Of a DNA stretch of 64,000 nt, positions 1 through 8,246 are shown piece after piece; within the stretch, counting starts at the first letter, position 1, and each line of letters begins with the position of its first letter. The stretch is taken from assembly GCF_003018235.1 (NCBI RefSeq), contig NZ_CP027437.1. One strand, 5' to 3'. The notes under the pieces are model-generated. The model saw nothing but the letters and a program-made list of their open reading frames with translations, was not told the origin of the DNA and made no database searches. This stretch comes from Escherichia coli (GTDB lineage Bacteria > Pseudomonadota > Gammaproteobacteria > Enterobacterales > Enterobacteriaceae). The position numbers were made by a program, and so were the translations under genes.

Positions 1-158
1 ATTTGTTCTACAATACCATATGACGCCCGATATTACGCCATACATAGAATATGACTACCTTGACCGTCAGGGTGTTTACAACGGCAGAGATAATTTATCG
101 GAAAACAGTTATCGCATTGGTGTGTCATTTAAACTGTAGTAGACAGGAGACAGTCACA

Positions 159-1265
159 ATGAATAAAACAATAACGGCGCTTGCTATCATAATGGCTTCA
201 TTTGCCGCAAACGCGTCTGTATTACCGGAAACTCCTGTGCCATTTAAAAGTGGTACCGGAGCAATTGATAACGACACTGTCTACATTGGTTTAGGTAGCG
301 CAGGTACAGCATGGTACAAGCTGGATACACAGGCCAAAGATAAAAAATGGACAGCGTTAGCTGCATTCCCTGGTGGGCCGAGAGATCAAGCAACCTCTGC
401 ATTTATTGATGGTAATCTGTATGTGTTTGGCGGCATTGGCAAAAACAGCGAGGGCTTGACTCAGGTATTTAATGACGTACACAAATACAACCCCAAAACC
501 AATAGCTGGGTTAAATTGATGTCGCACGCGCCGATGGGCATGGCGGGCCATGTGACTTTTGTACACAACGGCAAGGCTTATGTTACTGGCGGTGTTAACC
601 AGAATATCTTCAATGGCTATTTTGAAGATCTCAACGAGGCTGGAAAAGATTCAACCGCTATAGATAAAATCAACGCCCACTATTTTGACAAAAAAGCAGA
701 AGATTATTTCTTCAATAAGTTTCTGTTGTCTTTTGATCCCTCAACACAGCAATGGAGTTACGCTGGCGAATCTCCCTGGTACGGAACGGCTGGTGCGGCG
801 GTTGTGAATAAAGGTGATAAAACCTGGCTTATTAATGGCGAAGCCAAACCAGGATTGCGAACGGATGCCGTATTTGAACTTGATTTCACCGGTAATAATT
901 TAAAATGGAATAAGCTTGCTCCCGTCTCATCACCAGATGGCGTCGCTGGCGGTTTTGCAGGCATGAGCAATGACTCACTGATATTTGCCGGAGGGGCCGG
1001 ATTCAAAGGGTCACGGGAAAATTACCAAAACGGTAAGAACTATGCGCATGAAGGCCTGAAAAAATCATATAGCACTGATATTCATCTTTGGCATAACGGG
1101 AAATGGGATAAATCTGGTGAATTATCGCAAGGTCGGGCCTACGGAGTATCATTGCCCTGGAATAATAGTTTATTAATTATTGGCGGTGAAACTGCAGGCG
1201 GCAAAGCGGTGACGGATTCAGTTTTAATTTCTGTGAAGGATAATAAAGTCACAGTACAAAACTAA
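159..1265 (+). CDS. nanM: N-acetylneuraminate epimerase (Kelch-repeat, YjhT/NanM)
   Basis: ORF translation from MNKTITALAIIMASFAANA (signal peptide) matches NanM along its length; SD aggaga about 9 nt upstream of ATG at 159; the ORF-track start at 51 is an upstream extension. Confidence 0.9.
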   Translation: MNKTITALAIIMASFAANASVLPETPVPFKSGTGAIDNDTVYIGLGSAGTAWYKLDTQAKDKKWTALAAFPGGPRDQATSAFIDGNLYVFGGIGKNSEGLTQVFNDVHKYNPKTNSWVKLMSHAPMGMAGHVTFVHNGKAYVTGGVNQNIFNGYFEDLNEAGKDSTAIDKINAHYFDKKAEDYFFNKFLLSFDPSTQQWSYAGESPWYGTAGAAVVNKGDKTWLINGEAKPGLRTDAVFELDFTGNNLKWNKLAPVSSPDGVAGGFAGMSNDSLIFAGGAGFKGSRENYQNGKNYAHEGLKKSYSTDIHLWHNGKWDKSGELSQGRAYGVSLPWNNSLLIIGGETAGGKAVTDSVLISVKDNKVTVQN

Positions 1266-1329
1266 CGCTTCAGGGTCCCAGTAAAGGGGCCCTGCTATCA
1301 ATTTGTCATTTGTATTACGCGAAAATTAT

Positions 1330-2310
1330 ATGAACGCAATAATATCGCCCGATTATTACTATGTTCTTACCGTTGCTGGTCAGTCTAATGCCATGGCGTA
1401 TGGCGAAGGACTGCCATTACCGGACAGGGAAGATGCGCCTCATCCCAGAATTAAACAATTAGCGAGATTTGCGCATACGCATCCCGGAGGCCCGTCATGT
1501 CACTTTAACGACATTATTCCACTGACTCACTGCCCACACGATGTTCAGGATATGCAGGGTTATCACCATCCTCTGGCAACGAATCATCAAACACAGTACG
1601 GCACCGTTGGCCAGGCACTGCATATTGCACGGAAATTACTGCCCTTTATTCCTGATAACGCAGGGGTTCTCATCGTTCCGTGTTGCCGTGGCGGATCGGC
1701 TTTTACCGCGGGCAGCGAAGGGAAATATTCAGAACGGCACGGAGCCAGCCATGATGCTTGTCGTTGGGGAACGGATACTCCGCTATACCAGGATTTAGTC
1801 AGCAGAACGCGAGCCGCACTGGCAAAAAATCCGCAGAACAAATTCCTCGGCGTATGCTGGATGCAAGGCGAATTTGACTTAATGACCAGTGACTACGCGT
1901 CACACCCTCAACACTTTAATCATATGGTTGAAGCCTTTCGTAGGGAGCTAAAACAATACCATTCTCAGCTTAATAATATTACTGACGCACCGTGGTTTTG
2001 CGGCGATACCACCTGGTACTGGAAAGAAAATTTCCCTCATGCGTATGAAGCTATTTATGGCAATTATCAAAATAATGTTTTAGCCAATATTATTTTCGTC
2101 GACTTCCAGCAACAAGGTGCAAGAGGACTGACGAACGCGCCTGATGAAGATCCAGACGATTTAAGCACGGGATATTACGGTTCAGCGTACCGGTCACCGG
2201 AGAACTGGACGACGGCACTGCGAAGCAGTCATTTCAGCGCGGCAGCCCGTCGGGGGATTATTTCTGACAGGTTTGTAGAAGCAATTTTGCAGTTTTGGCG
2301 CGAAAGGTGA
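1330..2310 (+). CDS. nanS: 9-O-acetyl-N-acetylneuraminate esterase
   Basis: Translation from MNAIISPDYYYVLTVAGQSNA matches NanS (YjhS); follows nanM in the same orientation as in the nanCMS operon. Confidence 0.88.
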   Translation: MNAIISPDYYYVLTVAGQSNAMAYGEGLPLPDREDAPHPRIKQLARFAHTHPGGPSCHFNDIIPLTHCPHDVQDMQGYHHPLATNHQTQYGTVGQALHIARKLLPFIPDNAGVLIVPCCRGGSAFTAGSEGKYSERHGASHDACRWGTDTPLYQDLVSRTRAALAKNPQNKFLGVCWMQGEFDLMTSDYASHPQHFNHMVEAFRRELKQYHSQLNNITDAPWFCGDTTWYWKENFPHAYEAIYGNYQNNVLANIIFVDFQQQGARGLTNAPDEDPDDLSTGYYGSAYRSPENWTTALRSSHFSAAARRGIISDRFVEAILQFWRER

Positions 2311-2317
2311 GCGTTCA

Positions 2318-2518
2318 TTAATTTGATTTATTTGCATCCATTAGCGCTTTTAACTGCTCCGGCGTAAACGGTGGTTTGCGTCGGTGCAACATCGCATGGC
2401 AATTAGGGCACACAGGAAGCAAATCATTAACTGGATCCAGCTGGTAATCCTCTTTAATGGCTGAAAGCGGCACCAGGTGATGCACATTAAGCAATTTCAG
2501 AACCGCATGCTCATACAT
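2318..2518 (-). pseudogene. Short HNH-endonuclease-like ORF (66 aa), probably a truncated remnant
   Basis: Translation carries HH..P....N....CPNCH..H spacing typical of HNH nuclease cores but is far shorter than standalone HNH enzymes. Confidence 0.35.
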
Positions 2519-2577
2519 ATTTCCCCCTAAGTTTGCTCACTGCCTTTAATTTATGTCACAGGCAATGTAATTCACCT

Positions 2578-2649
2578 GAAGCTCATCTTGAATCTGTCCT
2601 TCTACTTAGTCATTACCCTACTGGCACAACCGACCTCAAGATGAGCTTC
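2578..2649. repeat. 14-bp perfect inverted repeat (gaagctcatcttga / tcaagatgagcttc) with 44-bp spacer
   Basis: Read directly from sequence, arms at 2578-2591 and 2636-2649; lies just 3-prime of the minus-strand gene ending at 2656. Confidence 0.6.
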
Positions 2650-2655
2650 TTACTT

Positions 2656-3264
2656 TTAACGATGTATCAGAACAATCTTGCGCCGGGAGAATAGCGTTTC
2701 CGCAGACAGCTGGAATTTATATTCCGCGGCCTTCAGCTTTCGCGATTTAAGCATTTTCATCGTGATACCCCTTATTTTCCCTGACTCAACCTGTCTCTTG
2801 ATTTCGCCGGTGCTCAGCATGAGCTGCTTTTGCAAAATCGACAGCAGGCTGACCTGAAACGAACGGGAAATCCTGACGCTAACCTTGACCCATTTGCCGG
2901 GAGAAAGGCTGGCTAACCACTGCTCCTGAATGCGAAAATCAGGCCGACCCGATAGCTCTGCGTTGTTCCGCTTCAGCATCGCGATATCACAGGAAAAATG
3001 TTGAACCGTGGCTGCATCGTTGCTCATCAGCCGGTTATGAAGTTCGCGGTCAATTTTGCTGACGTGCAGGCGCGAAAATAGGGAGATATTCCAGGTGTAA
3101 TCACAGTGTGTGCATTTATAGATACTCCACACGTCCAGCACCTTCTTTTGCGAATTAATCCGAAATGCACCTGATGGCGTGAAGTCCCGTTTAATGTTGC
3201 ATGAAGGGCATCGCTTCGCAATGCGCTGATACCCCACGGGCGTGACGGTCCATGTAACTTTCAT
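2656..3264 (-). CDS. Hypothetical protein with N-terminal CxxC...CxxC zinc ribbon and basic C-terminal region (202 aa)
   Basis: Long ORF with two CxxC pairs (CPSC, CTHC) and a K/R-rich C-terminus; no confident family assignment. Confidence 0.5.
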   Translation of the reverse strand: MKVTWTVTPVGYQRIAKRCPSCNIKRDFTPSGAFRINSQKKVLDVWSIYKCTHCDYTWNISLFSRLHVSKIDRELHNRLMSNDAATVQHFSCDIAMLKRNNAELSGRPDFRIQEQWLASLSPGKWVKVSVRISRSFQVSLLSILQKQLMLSTGEIKRQVESGKIRGITMKMLKSRKLKAAEYKFQLSAETLFSRRKIVLIHR

Positions 3265-3559
3265 AACCTACCTTTTTTAACCCATACAAAACCGGATCCG
3301 TACTGAACGGACCATGGATGTTTATGTATGAAAAATATTTAAGAGATATTTTTCAGAGGGTTAAAAAAAGATTTCCAACTATGCAATCCTGTCGGTGAGC
3401 AAAGAGATATAGCGAGACTATCAAAACGGCAATTATTGGGTATATGAGTTCAATCAATATTCATGATGGTTATGGCTTGTTCTATTGATCTGACACATTA
3501 AACACGGCGCATTAATTTTGTATGTTTTATGAACAACCCAACAACAAAAGGAGCGCGAT

Positions 3560-3811
3560 ATGACACAGCACGAACGGTTTTGTCAGGCCTGCGGAATGCC
3601 GATGTCCGCACCTGATGCGCAGGGGAGTAGCGATAAATACTGTGCATACTGCAGCGATAGCAACGGCAATCTTAAACCCTGGGAAGAGGCGGTATCAGGC
3701 TTGGCCAGCTTCCTTGATTCCTGGCAAAAAGTCGGTCCAGAAGAAGCACAGAAGCGTGCAAAACGTTATCTGACGGCAATGCCTGCCTGGGCTCATAAAG
3801 CGGACGAGTGA
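3560..3811 (+). CDS. Small zinc-ribbon domain protein (83 aa)
   Basis: CQAC...CAYC motif; strong SD aaaggag 8 nt upstream of ATG. Confidence 0.5.
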   Translation: MTQHERFCQACGMPMSAPDAQGSSDKYCAYCSDSNGNLKPWEEAVSGLASFLDSWQKVGPEEAQKRAKRYLTAMPAWAHKADE

Positions 3812-3875
3812 ATAACAAAGTCAGGGTGATTTAGGCAGTCTATCTTCACTCCGCTGATTCCATTAAGGAGAGCCG

Positions 3876-4268
3876 ATGTTTTCTCACATTATGCTTGGAA
3901 CCAACAACCTGCCACGCGCCATTGCATTCTACGATCCGTTGATGGATATGCTGGGGTATCCCCGCGGCGGCAGGAAGAGGAGATCGCATGGTGGGGCGTT
4001 TTCAACGGTAATAACACTACGGCACTGGGTATCAGTAGGCCATTTGATAAACAGGTTGCCACGACCCGAAATGGAGTGATGGTCGCCCTGATTGCGCGTT
4101 CTGCCGAACACATCCAGCAAGTTTCATGTGCTAGCTTTAAATCACGGTGGCACTGACGAGGGAGCACCTGGCCAGCGTCCGCATTACGGCGAAGGGTTCT
4201 ACAGCGCTTACGTCAGAGACACCGATGGCAACAAGCTGGCTTACGTTTATTACACCGCACAATCCTGA
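3876..4268 (+). pseudogene. VOC/glyoxalase-family gene disrupted by frameshifts
   Basis: N-terminus MFSHIMLGTNNLPRAIAFYDPLMDMLGY in frame 1 (SD aaggaga upstream); the rest of a VOC-like protein (ALGISRPFDKQVATTRNGVMVAL... and GGTDEGAPGQRPHYGEGFYSAYVRDTDGNKLAYVYY) continues in the other two frames, implying at least two frameshifts. Confidence 0.5.
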
Positions 4269-4512
4269 GAACGATAAAGCGGGGGCCTCAGCGCCCCCAC
4301 CTGAAACTAAACCGATCCCGCAGATGTCAATGAGCGTTGAACGAGTTGATAAATGCCGAGATGTCTGACTGTTTTTACGCCAGAACTCCATGGTGTGACA
4401 ACCATACACATACTCCCTTCTTGACACCTTTAAACCATTTAACCGCATGCCTCTGTCTGCCCTGCAGGGACGGCTGATGCCTGTGTGTTGTCTGGCGGTA
4501 AGGAACAATACT

Positions 4513-4674
4513 ATGTACGCAAAATCCTTTATCGCTCTCGACGGGAATGGTCGTCTGACCGGTGCCCGTACTGCGCAGACCGCCCCTTACGATCGTTATA
4601 CCTGCCACCTCTGCGGTAGCGTGCTGCAATACCATCCTGAATACATCACCGAACGCCCGTGCTTTGAACAGTAA
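4513..4674 (+). CDS. Small hypothetical ORF (53 aa, MYAKSFIALDGNGRL...)
   Basis: ATG preceded by aagga-like SD; contains CHLCGS motif; function unknown, could be a remnant. Confidence 0.25.
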   Translation: MYAKSFIALDGNGRLTGARTAQTAPYDRYTCHLCGSVLQYHPEYITERPCFEQ

Positions 4675-5266
4675 CCAACACACTGACAGAGGGCGGCGAA
4701 AATGCTTTATGCAAATCTTGATGCAAAGGCAGCCAGACGAATTCGTAAGTTACGCTTTTACGTGGCAGATACTCAAAGCAGACTGGCATTGTAGCGACGA
4801 TTGCCACGGTGAACGCTATTGTATGGCATGTAGTACCTGAGACTTCAGCCGCCCAGTAGATATAGCATCATGAAAAAACTGAAATGCTTTCTTGCCAACA
4901 ACTCACTGAGCTAGTATGCCTCCACCGATGTAACAATTAGAGCAAGCGTCAAAGTGCGAAACTGCCCTCACGTAGCTGCAAGTTAACACCAGGAAATCCT
5001 GGTTCAAACACGACCAGCTCTATGTTAGCGGCAAGCAATCGTTGAACTAAACGCATATGCAGCCGGAGATGAAAGTTAGGAAAAAAGCAGAGGCTGATAA
5101 GAATTATGCACGTTGAGCTGGGATCGTAATACCCCACTTAAAATGTACAAGGGGAGTAGTCTAATGATGTTAAATACGAACCTTCAGTATTGTTCATTCA
5201 CCAATTTTCCCATATTCTCTCATCATTAATATTCTCTGCCGAATTTTATAGGGCTAACTCGCTGAA

Positions 5267-5470
5267 ATGAATGACAAAGCTTTAACCTTGAAAGATGTGG
5301 TGGCTTACTTAAAGTTGGCAGAAAAAACAGCGTATAGGTTGACTAGCGAAGGCAAATTGCCGGGATTTAAGGTTGAAGGCTCATGACGCTTCAAACGAGA
5401 GGATTTAGATATGTGGATTGAAGGTCAGAAGACTCAAAGCTACCCGAGTATCACAAAATCCAATCGTGGT
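5267..5470 (+). pseudogene. Excisionase/AlpA-like HTH DNA-binding protein interrupted by in-frame TGA
   Basis: Translation MNDKALTLKDVVAYLKLAEKTAYRLTSEGKLPGFKVEGS*RFKREDLDMWIEGQ; the stop at 5384-5386 sits where this family has the conserved Trp of the GSWRF motif. Confidence 0.5.
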
Positions 5471-5666
5471 TGATCAAGTGGATAAACATGAAAAGTCGGT
5501 AGCCCTCAAAGGCCACTTGCCACATGCAGTGAAGCAAGCCGTTGTGCAAGCTCTACTGAAAGAAGGTGATATCGCCCGAACGTTGCTCAAGGATCCACAA
5601 GTTATGGCAAGTTATGTTGAGCTGATTTTCGACATGATGAAGCAGAATAAAAATATGAATATCTAA
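5418..5666 (+). CDS. Small hypothetical ORF immediately upstream of the ATPase gene (non-ATG start in ORF track)
   Basis: ORF-track call only; start is TTG/GTG with no convincing SD; overlaps the 3-prime end of the HTH pseudogene. Confidence 0.2.
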   Translation: MKVRRLKATRVSQNPIVVDQVDKHEKSVALKGHLPHAVKQAVVQALLKEGDIARTLLKDPQVMASYVELIFDMMKQNKNMNI

Positions 5667-5708
5667 AAGATTTTGGGCTATCTATTACGTTTTAAAATGA
5701 GATAAATA

Positions 5709-8246
5709 ATGATAAATGACCATGAAGAACTAGAACTTGCTAAAGCTCAGGCAAAAGAAATATGGAAGATCCTTGATTATGTTCGAGGAGCATCACCTAT
5801 ATCTAATTATCGCTCATTAGCGTATTCAATCTTCTTCGTACGCTATCTTCAATCCAATACAGGTCAGCATTTTGAGGCAGAAAGGTTCGACTCTTTTAAT
5901 GTCATCGCCCAGTATTCCTACGATCTTGTAAACTATGCCGTTCAACTTGGATTGATTCATAGCGACGTATCTAAATTCTTAATTTATTATTTAGAAAACA
6001 CACTCCGTTCATTTGTCAATATTGATGAGTCTTTTGTTCGTTATGCAATTAGAGATGGTCTACTCAATAAAACCCCTGCAATAGCGTCGCTTTCTTTATC
6101 AGAACTGGATTTACTTTTTGCCGAGAATGAAGGTAAGTCAGGAGGTGAGTTTTATACCCCTAGAGACGTCAACTTATTGGTTAAAATATTAGGATTGAGT
6201 TATCAACCAAAGTCAATATGTGACCCATTTGCAGGTGCTGGAAACACAGCATTTCCTTTTGCCAATACTGGTATTGAAAAAGTTAGGATTGATACTCAAG
6301 AAATTAATAGAGATGCTTACTTTAAACTAGTAATAAGTAGAGTCATCAGGAAAATAGAAGGTCGAGACTATTTCGGCGATTCCCTATCACAACCATTATA
6401 TCAAGAAAATAAATATGATCTGATAGTTTCTTTCCCACCTTTTGGCATGAAAATTCCTAAAGCCACTCGAAATAATATTTACTATAAAACAAGTAATAAG
6501 TGGCTGGATATTACTGAAATCTTGCCAGAAAGTAGAAGTGATTGGTTTATAACATTATCAATGCTTCCAGCCCTTTCTGAGGGGGGTAAGATACTAGTAG
6601 GTATGTCACTTGGGGCTTTGACAAGAGCAGGCTCTGAGGCAAAGGTTCGTGAGTATTTAGTCTCTCGCGGAATTATCGAACAAGTAATTCTTTTACCTAA
6701 AAATATTTATTACTCTACGGCTATCTCAACTGTACTTCTTGTCCTCAACTCAGGAACAAGTAACATAAATAACAGAAGTATTAAATTTGTAGATGCTTCA
6801 CTGTTTTACGAGCCTGCCCGTGGTCGAAACACCCTCACAACAAAAAATATAAATGAGATCGTAGAGGCTTGTCATAAAGATGGCCGATTTAGTATTAGTT
6901 CATCTCATACCCAAATAGCAAACAGAGACTTTAATTTAGATCCGTCTCTTTATGTACGTAAAGATCTCAAAATCAGTGAGGTTTCTTTAAAAAATTTTAG
7001 AGGATACTCTGACTTTAAAGTTTCGATACATCCTTCTTTAAATGTATTGGTTGGTGAGAACGGCGTCGGGAAAACTTCGATATTAGAAGCATTAGCATGT
7101 GGCCTTGGTCCTTTCCTTACTGCTATGCCTGATGCTAAAGGAAAACTGATAAAAAAATCAGATATCCATATAAGTTCAAAAGGAATCGCAAATTATGCTC
7201 GAATATCGATTGAAACAACATCAAGTTTAAGTTGGGATCTTGTGGCAAAGGGGGTTGATGTTTCCGAGCCCCCTAAGATAGGAACATCAGCATTAACTAG
7301 CTACGCTACTCATCTTGTAGATAGTCAGTCTGAATATCCACTCATTGCTTATTATGGGACTAACCGTGCTCTTACTTCTACCAGTTCTAAAGTTGCAATA
7401 AATCCATTCGAGAAAGAAAATCGTGGGGAAGGTTATGACTTTGCTTTAGATGCTAAAGTTAACTACGGCATCTTAAAGAACTGGTTTTCAAAAATAGAGG
7501 TTGATGAGCTTCGAAAACGTGATGAACTAAAAGACCATAAATTCATTCATCCGGCTAAGAGACTTGTTTCAGAGGCTGTTTACCAGATTGTTGATCGAGC
7601 TACATGCTTGGAGTTCGACAAAAATAGTAACGATGTTATGGTTCATTGGAAAAATGAGCAGGGAGAGTGCGTAAAGCTTACATTGGAACAACTAAGTGAA
7701 GGGTATAGAAATATGGTATCCCTGACCATTGACCTAGTGAGGCGTGCTTATTTACTTAATCCTACCAAACCGAAACCGCTAACAGTTAATGGGATCGTTT
7801 TAATTGATGAAATTGAACTTCACTTGCACCCTAGATGGCAGCAAAAGATTTTAAATGATCTTACTAAGCTGTTTAAGAATATTCAGTTTATTGTCACGAC
7901 ACATAGTCCTCAAGTCTTAACAACAATCAAAGCCGATTGTATCCGTATTGTTTCCGTCAATGCTAACGAAGCAAAATTAGTGACAGGAACTACTACTTAC
8001 GGTTCTGAAAGCTCAAGAATGTTGGAAGATGTTTTAGGTGGTAACAATCGCGCCCAACATCTTGATATTGTTAAAAAACTAAACCGTTATACAGAGTTAG
8101 TAGAGGCCGACAAATGGGATACCGATGAGGCATTAGAACTCAAAAAAGAGTTATATAAATGGGGTGGTCAGACAGAAGACGAGCTTCAAAAATTAGAAAC
8201 TGATATTCGAATTCGCGAGTTCGAGCGTGGCAATGAAAAAGATTAA
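5709..8246 (+). CDS. Fusion protein: N-terminal gamma-class N6-adenine methyltransferase-like domain plus C-terminal ABC-type ATPase (Septu PtuA-like)
   Basis: MTase-like motifs in order X-I-IV: EFYTPRDV (about aa 147), DPFAGAGN (about aa 172), SFPPFG (about aa 240). ATPase motifs: Walker A GENGVGKTS (about aa 449), Walker B VLIDEIELHLHP (about aa 695), TTHSP (about aa 730). AT-rich coding sequence. Confidence 0.75.
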   Translation: MINDHEELELAKAQAKEIWKILDYVRGASPISNYRSLAYSIFFVRYLQSNTGQHFEAERFDSFNVIAQYSYDLVNYAVQLGLIHSDVSKFLIYYLENTLRSFVNIDESFVRYAIRDGLLNKTPAIASLSLSELDLLFAENEGKSGGEFYTPRDVNLLVKILGLSYQPKSICDPFAGAGNTAFPFANTGIEKVRIDTQEINRDAYFKLVISRVIRKIEGRDYFGDSLSQPLYQENKYDLIVSFPPFGMKIPKATRNNIYYKTSNKWLDITEILPESRSDWFITLSMLPALSEGGKILVGMSLGALTRAGSEAKVREYLVSRGIIEQVILLPKNIYYSTAISTVLLVLNSGTSNINNRSIKFVDASLFYEPARGRNTLTTKNINEIVEACHKDGRFSISSSHTQIANRDFNLDPSLYVRKDLKISEVSLKNFRGYSDFKVSIHPSLNVLVGENGVGKTSILEALACGLGPFLTAMPDAKGKLIKKSDIHISSKGIANYARISIETTSSLSWDLVAKGVDVSEPPKIGTSALTSYATHLVDSQSEYPLIAYYGTNRALTSTSSKVAINPFEKENRGEGYDFALDAKVNYGILKNWFSKIEVDELRKRDELKDHKFIHPAKRLVSEAVYQIVDRATCLEFDKNSNDVMVHWKNEQGECVKLTLEQLSEGYRNMVSLTIDLVRRAYLLNPTKPKPLTVNGIVLIDEIELHLHPRWQQKILNDLTKLFKNIQFIVTTHSPQVLTTIKADCIRIVSVNANEAKLVTGTTTYGSESSRMLEDVLGGNNRAQHLDIVKKLNRYTELVEADKWDTDEALELKKELYKWGGQTEDELQKLETDIRIREFERGNEKD

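Noticed and set aside
51-158. Upstream extension of the nanM ORF (MTTLTVRVF...)
   Set aside because: The conserved NanM N-terminus with signal peptide and a good SD begins at 159; the extension is just open frame.
4562-4840. 92-aa ORF in the island spacer
   Set aside because: No ribosome-binding site, cysteine/arginine-rich low-complexity translation, overlaps the better-supported small ORF at 4513-4674.
2311-5700. Distal attachment-site repeat of leuX
   Set aside because: Looked for a copy of the tRNA 3-prime end (ggactcgaaccggcacg region) at the far side of the island and did not find one by eye; not reported as a feature. A computed search could still find a degenerate copy.
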